A stretch of 64,000 nucleotides of DNA from Candidatus Dojkabacteria bacterium (lineage in GTDB: Bacteria; Patescibacteriota; Dojkabacteria; SC72; JAFGCJ01): NCBI GenBank assembly GCA_016929645.1, contig JAFGIK010000028.1, forward strand, positions 11,402-75,401, given 5' to 3'. Numbering within the stretch: the stretch's first letter is position 1; the number at the start of each line of letters is the position of its first letter. The notes beneath the pieces were generated by a model that worked only from the letters and a program-made list of their open reading frames with translations, was not told the origin of the DNA and searched no databases. The translations under genes were made by a program, and so were the position numbers. Below, one piece after another: positions 32,948 to 42,561 of the stretch.

Positions 32948-33093
32948 TTCTTCGCTAAAGCTTCGAATGGTGTCGTCTACGAGGCACCATGATGAAGGTT
33001 TATATAAATAATAGATGTTATCTTTAGCTGACACTACATATAAACACTCAAAACTTAACGAAAGTTTCATAATCTTTCTTTATAATATCTGGT

Positions 33094-33348
33094 ATGTACT
33101 ACGTTTACATACTTCAAAGTATCAATTTTCCTCAAAAAACATACGTTGGTTATTCACAAAATATAAAGCAGAGACTATCGAGACATAATACAGGTAATGT
33201 TAAATCAACGTATAAATACCGTCCTTGGAGAGTCAAGTTTTACTGTGCATTTGAAGAAAGATTAACAGCCATGAGGTTTGAAAGATATTTAAAAACTGCA
33301 TCGGGAATAGCTTTCAGGAGAAAGAGATTAGTCAAATACGATTCATGA
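33094..33348 (+). CDS. Small GIY-YIG nuclease (UPF0213/YhbQ-like), leaderless
   Basis: YYVYIL..YVGYS..RL.RHN.G..T...RPW..E..LK; TATAAT 7 nt before ATG. Confidence 0.9.
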   Translation: MYYVYILQSINFPQKTYVGYSQNIKQRLSRHNTGNVKSTYKYRPWRVKFYCAFEERLTAMRFERYLKTASGIAFRRKRLVKYDS

Positions 33349-33745
33349 ATCTAAAATCTCAAAATAGTCATCAACCTATGAAGTAACAGTTTAACAAAAA
33401 GTTGTTACACAAGAACCTAATTAGTTAATATTAGGCGAAAATAGTGAAACAAGACTAGGCTATAATACTGTATCCAGATCGATTCTACTCATCTGATGTA
33501 TAACCAGTAAACAATATTTACAGAAATGGCCAATTATTAGGGCTAAGTGAGAACACAATCTAAACAAAACTCATCAACATACTCCTATTATCCCCACGTA
33601 GTTTTTCCGCAACATGTCCTTCATCAGGTCTAGTCAAATAATTTATGTCCGGCAACGGTTGCTTCGACATTGACAGAACTCTTTACATGCTAAATTTAAT
33701 AATATATTCTGAAGCATAAATCTAACTTAACCATTAATTACATAC

Positions 33746-35800
33746 GTGCCCGAAATGTCACACGTTCCAACTGACGTAACAAAGGATTTTCTCAAACAGG
33801 TAGATACTATCTCCTCGAGCAAACAGTATGAATATTTTGATCCTGCCCAGGAAATGAGCATGGATGACGCTGCAGAACAAATTTATTTATCTAAAACAGA
33901 AAAAGATTTAGTAAATACTCCAACAGGCAATTTATCCGTTTATCTCAGAACCAGAAAACTTGGTGACGCGTGGGACTTGGATCTTGATAAAAAGGAGGAA
34001 ATACACACTGCTCGAGCAAGAGAAGTCATAACGGCTGTACTAAAAGTAGAATCTATTATAAGAGACCCAAAATATACGAAAACCTTATCTCTCCCCGATT
34101 CATTAAGGGAAACTATTAATCAAATAACTGAATATGAAAGATTAGCATCAACAACCAATCTCCAAACAGAAGAATTTAAAAGTATCAAAACTGAATACAT
34201 TCGTTCAAGACTGATTCTATTAATGTCTCTGACATATCCTATGACCCAAATGGTCGATGAAAAGAAAGTTCCAAAAGATTTTCTTAAGAAAGCAAACCGA
34301 ATAAGTCATAATAAATTCACTAGGACATTTTCCACAGCTATAGTTATAGCAGGCTTAATACTTGGAGGTTGTAGAGCCCCTGGCCCAGGTATATCAGCAG
34401 AAAAAGTAGCAAATGAACCAGTTATCGAACAGATTGATCGAGTCAACTATACTGATCAAAACGATCTGCCCATTCCTCAACAACAATCTGTAGTAACACC
34501 TGTAAAAGAAGATGATTCGACCACTCGCTTGAATATTAACAAAGAACAGGAATACGGTAGAGAAGATACAAGACCTATTTACGAAAATGATGATATTGCA
34601 ACTCCTGATGATGTTACAACTACTACTGAATTGCAACCGGTTCAAGTTGAGCAAGAAAGTAGCCCAACAGCCGCCATTGAAATTTCTCCAATGAGCTGGG
34701 AGGCATTCAACAAGTTGAATCTTAATGAGGCGCAACAATTAATAGAGGAGCTTATACACAGACCTGGTGGATTAGAATTAGGTCCCGACGCAATACTCGA
34801 ATATGTGAGAGTTACTGATCAATCAGTTGTTTACACTAGCTCAGCCGAAGGTATTTTTATAACAGGATCCATGAATCCCAATAGTTCATCTATAACAAAT
34901 CTGGTACCAGCGGAAAACAATACAACAGATATATATATCAGTCCAACAAACACAGTAAATATTAGAGAGGGTACATTAGGTGGAAACACTTACACAATAA
35001 GGATACGTCTTGGTCGCTACGACTCATCAGGATCAATTGTTTTACCAACAAGTGATAGCCAAATAGCAAGATTTGACCCACAGTTGTTGGGTACCTTTAC
35101 GTTATCTAGATTCTTAGCTGCAGGATCTGAAGAAAGCTATAGTCAATGGTGGCGAGCACTAAAAAAGACAGTTATCGGAGCAATGAATATTAATCAATAC
35201 TTTGACACTCAAACTCTCTCTAGTGGACAGGAATTTAATTTTGGACAAACGTTTATGACCGGCAGTGGTCAACCATCAAACACTGAATGTGAAGGTGCTC
35301 AATCTTTTTATCGTGCATACATGGCTTCTGCCTATAAAGCTTACGTACTAGGGCAACCAAGTCCTCTCGTTCCAATACAACGATCTATGCATCCATATAT
35401 AGAATTGTTATACCCTAGTGCTTATACAATTAACGTTTTCGAAGTTGATCAAAATTCGGGAAATGTATCAGCAGAAAAGTTTTCGGGGACACCGAACAGT
35501 ATAGCCGAAGCAAATAATTTTCATCAAGGTTTATATGACTATTTGGCCACTCATCCCAATACCTTTGCAGATCCAGGATTGTTTTTCGCTGAATGGGATA
35601 GATATTACCATGATGACGTTACCTTTGGTGAAAATCATCCATTTGTTATTAGATCTCTACGCGATGGAATTGTCATCAAAGCCTACATAACAGTTATAGC
35701 TGACGGAGTACCAATTACAACAAGAGAGCAAATGAACAGAGATTACAGAAACATCTTGTACCGTGTCACATATGTGATCAAAGATACTAATCAGAAGTAG
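33746..35800 (+). CDS. Large membrane-anchored protein with divergent VanW-like C-terminal domain
   Basis: Internal TM ending LILGGC; INQYFDTQTLSSGQEFNF, CEGAQSFYRA, QRSMHPY resemble VanW motifs. Confidence 0.6.
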   Translation: MPEMSHVPTDVTKDFLKQVDTISSSKQYEYFDPAQEMSMDDAAEQIYLSKTEKDLVNTPTGNLSVYLRTRKLGDAWDLDLDKKEEIHTARAREVITAVLKVESIIRDPKYTKTLSLPDSLRETINQITEYERLASTTNLQTEEFKSIKTEYIRSRLILLMSLTYPMTQMVDEKKVPKDFLKKANRISHNKFTRTFSTAIVIAGLILGGCRAPGPGISAEKVANEPVIEQIDRVNYTDQNDLPIPQQQSVVTPVKEDDSTTRLNINKEQEYGREDTRPIYENDDIATPDDVTTTTELQPVQVEQESSPTAAIEISPMSWEAFNKLNLNEAQQLIEELIHRPGGLELGPDAILEYVRVTDQSVVYTSSAEGIFITGSMNPNSSSITNLVPAENNTTDIYISPTNTVNIREGTLGGNTYTIRIRLGRYDSSGSIVLPTSDSQIARFDPQLLGTFTLSRFLAAGSEESYSQWWRALKKTVIGAMNINQYFDTQTLSSGQEFNFGQTFMTGSGQPSNTECEGAQSFYRAYMASAYKAYVLGQPSPLVPIQRSMHPYIELLYPSAYTINVFEVDQNSGNVSAEKFSGTPNSIAEANNFHQGLYDYLATHPNTFADPGLFFAEWDRYYHDDVTFGENHPFVIRSLRDGIVIKAYITVIADGVPITTREQMNRDYRNILYRVTYVIKDTNQK

Positions 35801-35871
35801 TGAATTTAGCGGACATAGAAATGCTATTGACTTCGATTAATTTGTACTTGATCCAAGATAAATACTATATA

Positions 35872-37002
35872 CTACTTAACAGATCCAACAAAATCCAAAT
35901 AATTGTCTTTGTTCACTACCGTTACGGTTGAGCCAGGATATGTTTCAAGAAAATGTTTTGCAGATTTTGATGAAGTTGAATTGTACTTGAATTCGTAGCC
36001 AAATAATTTACCTTCTCGTTCTTCAACCCAATCTATCTCCTTTTGCTCCCAAGTTCTCCAGAAATAGAGATTCGCAAATATTGGTTTGTAATCAATACAT
36101 TTCAACCGCTCTATCACAAGAAAGTTTTCCCATAGTTGACCTACATCATTCCGTTTATCTATTTCATTAAAATTTGAAATAATGGCATTTCTAATACCTA
36201 AATCATAGAAAAAATATTTACTCTTACTCGTTATTTCCTTCCTCAAATTTCTCGAATAACCCCTCAAGTTAAACAAAATAAATGATTTTTCAAGCAAATC
36301 GAGATATCTTGCAACAGTTTTGTAATCTATACTCAAATTCATTCCCAACTCTGATAGAGAAACTTGATTTCCGACCTGGTAGGAAATTAATCGCAATAAA
36401 TCGAGAAGAGTTTTTGAGCCCTTTATCCTTTCAAATTCCAATATATCCTTTAGAAGGTAACTATCAACCAATTCTCTCAAAAGTGCAGATTTTTCATTGT
36501 CAACAGAAGCATTTAGAACACTGGGATAAGTCCCATATACAAGCAAAGTTTCAAGAGGTATTTCGCTTGGAGCATATATTTTCTGTAATTCTGTGATAGA
36601 AATGGGGTACATTTTAATATTACGCTTTCTCCCAACAAGCGGCTCTCCTGTCTGACCTATTAGCTCAAAAGAAGAAGAACCTGTTGCTATGATGTATATA
36701 TTAGGAATGTTATCTACAATAATTTTCAATCCAAGGCCAACATTTGGAATTTTTTGAGCTTCATCTATCACAATTAATTCATATCCAGCACAATATTTCT
36801 TAATTTGATCAAAATTTTGTGAAGACAAAATGCTCTGCGTTGCGATATTTTCTCCTGAATCTAACTTGTATTTCAATTTCGTCTTTGAGAGAAAATCCTT
36901 TATTAAAGTAGTTTTTCCAACTCTACGAGGTCCAAAAATTAATAGGACCTTATTTTTTTCTAAAAATTGCTCTAGATTTTGATAATTTCTTTTAAAATGC
37001 AT
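35872..37002 (-). CDS. AAA_14 ATPase with DUF4143/PD-(D/E)xK-like C-terminus
   Basis: GPRRVGKTT, IDEAQ, ATGSS, KYFFYDLGIRN, WENF, EIDWV..YEFK. Confidence 0.92.
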   Translation of the reverse strand: MHFKRNYQNLEQFLEKNKVLLIFGPRRVGKTTLIKDFLSKTKLKYKLDSGENIATQSILSSQNFDQIKKYCAGYELIVIDEAQKIPNVGLGLKIIVDNIPNIYIIATGSSSFELIGQTGEPLVGRKRNIKMYPISITELQKIYAPSEIPLETLLVYGTYPSVLNASVDNEKSALLRELVDSYLLKDILEFERIKGSKTLLDLLRLISYQVGNQVSLSELGMNLSIDYKTVARYLDLLEKSFILFNLRGYSRNLRKEITSKSKYFFYDLGIRNAIISNFNEIDKRNDVGQLWENFLVIERLKCIDYKPIFANLYFWRTWEQKEIDWVEEREGKLFGYEFKYNSTSSKSAKHFLETYPGSTVTVVNKDNYLDFVGSVK

Positions 37003-37017
37003 GCTTCAATTCTAACA

Positions 37018-37080
37018 AATCCTCAAAATTTGTCAATTTCAAGGAGTGCGCATCCTTAAAATCAACGAATTTCGAGGATT
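37018..37080. promoter_or_regulatory. 63-bp imperfect palindrome over the -35 of the AAA ATPase gene
   Basis: 28-bp arms with 5 mismatches around GTGCGCA; contains minus-strand TTGACA at 37036-37031. Confidence 0.65.
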
Positions 37081-37160
37081 TTATAGGAATAATGGGATAA
37101 ACTTTAGTTGCTGCATATCACTAAATAAAATCCCGGTTTATCTTAATTATTTATCTGAAT

Positions 37161-37619
37161 TTACAATGTTTTTCGCATAACAAGCCTTGGTTTTTTGTCG
37201 TAGTACTCAGGTAACCAGTCGACAATCTTGAAGCCAAAACTCCAATAGAATCTTATTGCACCAGAGTTTTCCGGATGTGTAACAAGCTTAATTGATTTTA
37301 TTTGCGGATTATTTTTTATTTCACTAACGATTTTTTCCATGATAGCCGTGCCGAAACCTTTGTTTTGAAAATCAGGTGCTATCACTATGCCAAGAATCTC
37401 AGCTTCATTACCATCACTCGGAACTTCATAAGTATAATATCCAATAACAGCTTCATTATTCAGAATAACATAACCATCATTACCTGATAGGAATTTTATA
37501 ATCTCTTCTTAACTTGCAAATGGCGTATCAAAATCTCGGCAGAACGCAGCTTTTTCAAGATTAAGCAGGGTAGTGACATCATCTTTATCAGCTTTTTTAT
37601 ATACAAAACTTTTGTCCAT
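37161..37619 (-). pseudogene. GNAT (RimI-like) acetyltransferase with in-frame TAA at codon 37
   Basis: ATG 37619 MDKSFVYKKADKDD..PFAS*EEIIKFL..IVIAPDFQNKGFG..NSGAIRFY; stop at 37511-37509, same frame both sides. Confidence 0.8.
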
Positions 37620-37620
37620 A

Positions 37621-38520
37621 TTACTTCTTTTTTAAAATATTTTGAGGCTGTCCCTTAAGATAAGCCTCAATATTTTGTATGGCAATTTCGCGGCCGCCTT
37701 CCATAGCCTGATTCGTAGAAAAGGCAATATGTGGAGTCACAAGAATTTTTTCATTTCCCATACATTTTTGATAAAAATCATTTGTCGTATCACCAAAAGA
37801 CTCAGGGTCACAATCAATTGCAGCACCATCTACAATTCCCTTGTTGATAGCATTAATCAGACCATCAATGTCATAAGTCCAAGGCCTTGCAAATGTCACA
37901 AAATAACAACCTTTTTGCAAACTCATAAAGAAATCGCCATCTAACAAGTTTTTACTTGAGGTATTACAATTAAGAGAATTCACTACAAGATCAGCATCTT
38001 TTGATTTTTCCAGCAAATCGTCACCTCGCTCAAAATAGCTCACATTCATCTTAAAAGCTTCACAAAGCTCACCAACCCGGCTTCCAATACTTCCGTGACC
38101 AACAATAAGCACTTTCTTACCAACAAGGCTTTGTTGAAGCACCCAATCAAAGCTCTCTTTTGATCTGACTGCAGGCGCAAACTTGCGAAATAACGAGAGA
38201 ATCATGTACATTGTCCATTCAACAATCGAATCCCTGTTTCCACCTTGAGCATTTGCTACAAATACGCCGTTTTTCTCCAATTCTTCTGAATCGAAAACCC
38301 CAAGTTCAACAAAAGGGTAGGTGACAAAAATATTTTTAAGCTTAGGAAGACTTTCAAGAAGGTAGTCTCCATTACTTAAAACAACATCCATGCCTGCAAC
38401 TTTTTCTAAAAAATCTTCTACTGAATCAGGGCAATCCTTAACTTCAAATTGACCGATTGATTCAAGTCTTTTCTTATGATCTTCACTTAAATCCAGGCCA
38501 AGAACGACAATTTTTTTCAT
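37621..38520 (-). CDS. D-2-hydroxyacid dehydrogenase family protein
   Basis: IVGHGSIG, VTFARP, DCDPE, VTPHIAF. Confidence 0.88.
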   Translation of the reverse strand: MKKIVVLGLDLSEDHKKRLESIGQFEVKDCPDSVEDFLEKVAGMDVVLSNGDYLLESLPKLKNIFVTYPFVELGVFDSEELEKNGVFVANAQGGNRDSIVEWTMYMILSLFRKFAPAVRSKESFDWVLQQSLVGKKVLIVGHGSIGSRVGELCEAFKMNVSYFERGDDLLEKSKDADLVVNSLNCNTSSKNLLDGDFFMSLQKGCYFVTFARPWTYDIDGLINAINKGIVDGAAIDCDPESFGDTTNDFYQKCMGNEKILVTPHIAFSTNQAMEGGREIAIQNIEAYLKGQPQNILKKK

Positions 38521-38577
38521 TAAGGTTTAATAATAAATTTATTATTTTCAAATATTTATAAGAAATCGAACTAAAAT

Positions 38578-39525
38578 CTACCTTGCAATCTTTAACTTTA
38601 CCATACCAAAGTATTTCTCTTTTTGTTTATCATAGCATTGTTCTGTTTCTCTAGCTAACCTCTCAAAATCGTCAACTTTACTATAGTTTAATTTTAACCC
38701 AAGAGAAAACATAGCACCACAAATACATGCACCAATTCCTGCCGTTATGAAGCGAGAATATGGTTCATTAATACTAAATTCATCAAGAATTACCTTGCTT
38801 GCCATAATTGCGGCGTAAGTAGGAAGAAGAGTCATTGCTTCCAAAAGTAATGTTTGTTTAAGCATATTTTTGTATCTTGTCCAAAAATCATGAGGCTCAA
38901 CAGAATGAGTAATCTCATGTCCCAAACTTCCAGAAATATCAGTTTGAGATACAAACCATCTTAAAAACGAGTTCATTCCGCTAATATATCGTTTCTTATC
39001 AATAACTCCTCTTCCGTAACGATCTATCAACGACCGAACAAATAAATTAGACCTGCTAATAGAGTTATCCGTAGCGATATTTTCCCCTTGCTTCACTGAA
39101 AATTCCTTCTGCAGACTTTCCTCTCCATAACCTTGTTGAATCGATACAATCAAATTCTCCGCTTTCTCCAGGTAGATATCAGAATAAAGATATATCGTAT
39201 TACTTCTCATATCATACTGCATCAAAGGAGAAAATAAGAGATTTTGAGGATGAAGTCTCACAGAAATATTACGTAAGGTAATTTTACTTAATACAGATCT
39301 AAGATTCGTAAGATCAGAGGACGGAACTGGAAATAAATATCTAGGGAAAGGCCTTATTGCAATATTAACAGGGTAGTCGTCTGGAACTCCACAAATCTCT
39401 CGAGCAAATTCACGTATAAGTTGTTGATTGAGTTCAACTATTACAGTACAATCTCTTGATTGCTCAACATGAATATTATAACTATTTGAATCATAAATCT
39501 CTGCTGTATTCTCTGATGTCTTCAA
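38578..39525 (-). CDS. Hypothetical membrane protein with HExxH motif
   Basis: LGHEITH followed by two TMs and ERLA; TTG start uncertain. Confidence 0.6.
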   Translation of the reverse strand: MKTSENTAEIYDSNSYNIHVEQSRDCTVIVELNQQLIREFAREICGVPDDYPVNIAIRPFPRYLFPVPSSDLTNLRSVLSKITLRNISVRLHPQNLLFSPLMQYDMRSNTIYLYSDIYLEKAENLIVSIQQGYGEESLQKEFSVKQGENIATDNSISRSNLFVRSLIDRYGRGVIDKKRYISGMNSFLRWFVSQTDISGSLGHEITHSVEPHDFWTRYKNMLKQTLLLEAMTLLPTYAAIMASKVILDEFSINEPYSRFITAGIGACICGAMFSLGLKLNYSKVDDFERLARETEQCYDKQKEKYFGMVKLKIAR

Positions 39526-39588
39526 AATAGTATGCCACCAATTTAAATCCCATAGTGATTATATCCTAAAAACCCTACATAATAAACC

Positions 39589-40305
39589 TCAATAATCCAA
39601 TCCCTCGGTTCCGTTTTCCACAATGTATGGCATATAGTTTTTTCTGTCTTTAAGATATCGCCTCAGATGAGGGAGGCCAAGCTCAAAACCTTTACTGAAA
39701 ATCCGATCCAATTCAAGAATTTTATCAATGTCATACCAGAAATACTCGCCTTCCACACTTTTTTCCGAAATAGTACCAGACCATTCTTCTATAACAACAT
39801 CAAAAAAGACGCCATCACCGACGGGATTCATATCCTTGTCGCGAAATATTTCCCTATCTACACCGACAATTTTAACCTTACTGACGTCAATATTCAGCTC
39901 TTCCTTAACCTCTCTAATTGCATTATCTTCAATACTCTGACCCCATTTAAGCTTACCAGTCACAGATCCTATATAACCAAAGTGTGGATGTTTCAACCTT
40001 TTAAACAGAAGCATTTGATATTTTCCACGTTTTTCCCTTACTAACGTTATAAACATACCAACCTTGAATTGCTGCTGAAGAGTACCATCCTCTTCCATAT
40101 TCGAGACAAACTGCTTACCTTTTTTTGTAAGAGAATAACTTTTCTGATTCTTCTCTAAATAGCCATTTTTAACCAACTCGCGCAGATGATAGTTAAATAA
40201 ATCGTGATTTTCCGTCACTTCATGGATTTTGGAATACAACAGCTCACCGCTAAACATCATTTTTCGCATAATTTCGATCTGCATTTTGGAGATTTCGTTT
40301 ATCAT
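39589..40305 (-). CDS. Winged-helix plus NUDIX hydrolase
   Basis: FNYHLRELVKNGYLEK..YSLT; Nudix box GKLKWGQSIEDNAIREVKEELN. Confidence 0.85.
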   Translation of the reverse strand: MINEISKMQIEIMRKMMFSGELLYSKIHEVTENHDLFNYHLRELVKNGYLEKNQKSYSLTKKGKQFVSNMEEDGTLQQQFKVGMFITLVREKRGKYQMLLFKRLKHPHFGYIGSVTGKLKWGQSIEDNAIREVKEELNIDVSKVKIVGVDREIFRDKDMNPVGDGVFFDVVIEEWSGTISEKSVEGEYFWYDIDKILELDRIFSKGFELGLPHLRRYLKDRKNYMPYIVENGTEGLDY

Positions 40306-40411
40306 TTTGGTAAATATAAACAATTAATTAACCGTATATTTACAGCAAAACATTAACAGTGTCTAGTTAGGGAGGACTAACTATGGGTGAGATTCGAAAA
40401 CACATCGCATT

Positions 40412-41005
40412 TCAATTATATTTCCATTCCTTTTTGACTACTGATGCAACTTCCTCACCAGAATTCTCCCACGGTAACAAAACATTAAGTGCGTTCTTAT
40501 CGATTCCGTATTTCTTAAATAAAGGATGAGAAGTTTCCCATTTTTCATTAATATCAAAGGCAAATGCATCAAATAAAAAATCTTTATGATTTTTGACAGA
40601 CAAATCTTGCACTAGAGAAGCAAATATGAACTTTTCTGACGAATATTTTTCTCTAATCTTTTCTAAAGCAAGAAATTTAGTCTTCCCACCACACGGAAAT
40701 GTATCACAAAGCAAAAAGGTTGGATTTTGTGGAAGATCATATTCTACATCTTGAAGCCCAGAGATATATTTCAGTTCATTGCTACCGTTATAAAGCATAT
40801 ATTTAAACTGAATAGTCAGGACTTTATAAGTGTTGAGTTTGTACGCCAAGGGCATCGCAGTAAACATACCTTCTCTAAGAATGCCAATAATTGCATCAAT
40901 TTTCACGTTATGCTTTTTAATCTTTGCTTCAAGATCCTTCCATAAATCCTCTATCAAAAGCCCGTAATCGTTCCAGGACAATTGGAAAAAATTTTCATCA
41001 CTCAT
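40412..41005 (-). CDS. Phosphoribosyltransferase-like protein
   Basis: LSWNDY, IIGILREG, LLCDTFPCGGKT (divergent PRPP loop), LPWE. Confidence 0.7.
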   Translation of the reverse strand: MSDENFFQLSWNDYGLLIEDLWKDLEAKIKKHNVKIDAIIGILREGMFTAMPLAYKLNTYKVLTIQFKYMLYNGSNELKYISGLQDVEYDLPQNPTFLLCDTFPCGGKTKFLALEKIREKYSSEKFIFASLVQDLSVKNHKDFLFDAFAFDINEKWETSHPLFKKYGIDKNALNVLLPWENSGEEVASVVKKEWKYN

Positions 41006-41143
41006 TGAATTTTTTGACCATTAATTAAAATTCCTTACACAAAGGGAATATATCACATTTCATCGCACCTCATCATATCTTTTAAAAATCGCGCCAAGAT
41101 CCATATAACATAAGACTTACCATTGTTGTTAATATCAAATTAC

Positions 41144-42133
41144 TTACTGGCACTGAGAATCACACGCCACACCATCGTGATCTCCATCTCTCGCACTACA
41201 CCCACACACATTCAACTGATATTGTGCCTCTGCACAGGACATATTCGGGCAAGTCTTGCTACAATTGCACGCCCACGTCTGATTTTGCGTTGGGGCAGGG
41301 GAGACTACTGCACAACTTGAAGTGCATGTCGTATCCTCTACACTTTCAGTATATGTTTCACAATTCCAGTAAGTTTTTGTTACAGTTGCTGTCTTGCAGC
41401 CAGAGCATGATCGCTCAGTCTCAGCACCTTTTTCACAATCACAAGCCTTACCCCAGAGCCCTTTGTTGTTTTTTTTCGCCTCGGCCTGCAATTCCCTGAA
41501 ATCACCCTGGTATTTGTATGGGTCATCATATGTGTATTCTTTTGCATATCCTTCTTTAATTAAAGTTTCATTAACAAAAATATCATCCACCCAGATATAC
41601 AAAAGAAGCCTTCCGTACTTGTCTTTTTCGCCTTGCGTATCATCAAATTCTACCTCAATAGTTTTGCCATCAACCAATTCCTTCATTTTGTCCGATGCTT
41701 CCTGTCCATAGCACTGAACAGGGGAATCAGGATCTTTTGTCTCCGGTGTATCAATACCAATTAATCTAACTCCCGTTACTTCTCCTTCATAATCAATCTT
41801 TATCGTATCGCCATCAACCACTTCTAAAACCTCATATTCCGGTTTTTTGCGCTCTTTTTCAACACCTTTTACATCAGCCTCCTCTGAAGAAGAATCTTGA
41901 TTGTCATCATCTTCAAGATTACTTTGCGCGAAACTTTCTGTGGAATTATCGGTAGAATCTCGGTCAGGATCCGAGTAATTTGAGAATTTTATGTTCAGAA
42001 AAACAACAAATCCAAGAAATCCAAACATGAAAAAGATTAAAGCAGAGGATAATATAACAATGAAAACCTGAATATTCTTTGGAGTTTTGGCAAAACTTTG
42101 TTTTATAGTTTCAAACATACAAAAGTTTAGCAT
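41144..42133 (-). CDS. Membrane-anchored thermonuclease with Cys-rich and Excalibur-like C-terminus
   Basis: VVDGDTI, VRLIGIDTPE, DKYGRLL, GLW; SCAEAQY..RDGDHDGVAC. Confidence 0.92.
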   Translation of the reverse strand: MLNFCMFETIKQSFAKTPKNIQVFIVILSSALIFFMFGFLGFVVFLNIKFSNYSDPDRDSTDNSTESFAQSNLEDDDNQDSSSEEADVKGVEKERKKPEYEVLEVVDGDTIKIDYEGEVTGVRLIGIDTPETKDPDSPVQCYGQEASDKMKELVDGKTIEVEFDDTQGEKDKYGRLLLYIWVDDIFVNETLIKEGYAKEYTYDDPYKYQGDFRELQAEAKKNNKGLWGKACDCEKGAETERSCSGCKTATVTKTYWNCETYTESVEDTTCTSSCAVVSPAPTQNQTWACNCSKTCPNMSCAEAQYQLNVCGCSARDGDHDGVACDSQCQ

Positions 42134-42259
42134 TATTTAATAAATAGGAGTAGAGTATGAAAATATGCGCTTTTTAATAAGTAATTTACATTTATTTAAT
42201 AAAATATTAACGCAATTGATATTTATAATTTTTACAATTTTTACCAATCAAACAAGCCT

Positions 42260-42322
42260 TACTCCACAATTTAGACGTTTTTGTGGAGTACTACTCCGCA
42301 ATTTTGACAAATTTGCGGAATT
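42260..42322. repeat. Two tandem 31-bp palindromes (32-bp period)
   Basis: TACTCCACAA-N11-TTGTGGAGTA then TACTCCGCAA-N11-TTGCGGAATT. Confidence 0.75.
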
Positions 42323-42498
42323 CAGCATTAAATATCCCTTGTCTGCACTAGCCACATATATCAATCGCCCATTCAATATCTTACGAAATATTCAGAAAAC
42401 TCTCTTGAATTAGAGCACTTTTGGCAATTATCTCAAAACTGAAACTTTTTCACCTAAATAACCGTCTGTTATGTATCTGTAATTGGACTTTTGAAAGA

Positions 42499-42526
42499 GG
42501 CCCGAGGATTTTTCAATCCTCGGGCC
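42499..42526 (-). terminator. Intrinsic terminator after the 42562-43116 gene
   Basis: GGCCCGAGGATT-TTTC-AATCCTCGGGCC stem; minus-strand tail TCTTTC is a weak U-tract. Confidence 0.65.
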
Positions 42527-42561
42527 CCTTCTCCTAAACAAATCAGAGCCTAACAAACACT

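Noticed and set aside
37509-37511. Alternative genetic code
   Set aside because: TAA, TAG and TGA all end intact genes elsewhere in the window
42260-42322. Mini CRISPR array
   Set aside because: Units abut with no spacer and no cas genes are present
42165-42413. 82-aa plus-strand ORF, and the many short antisense or nested ORFs in the track
   Set aside because: They shadow real genes or cross regulatory palindromes and show no motifs
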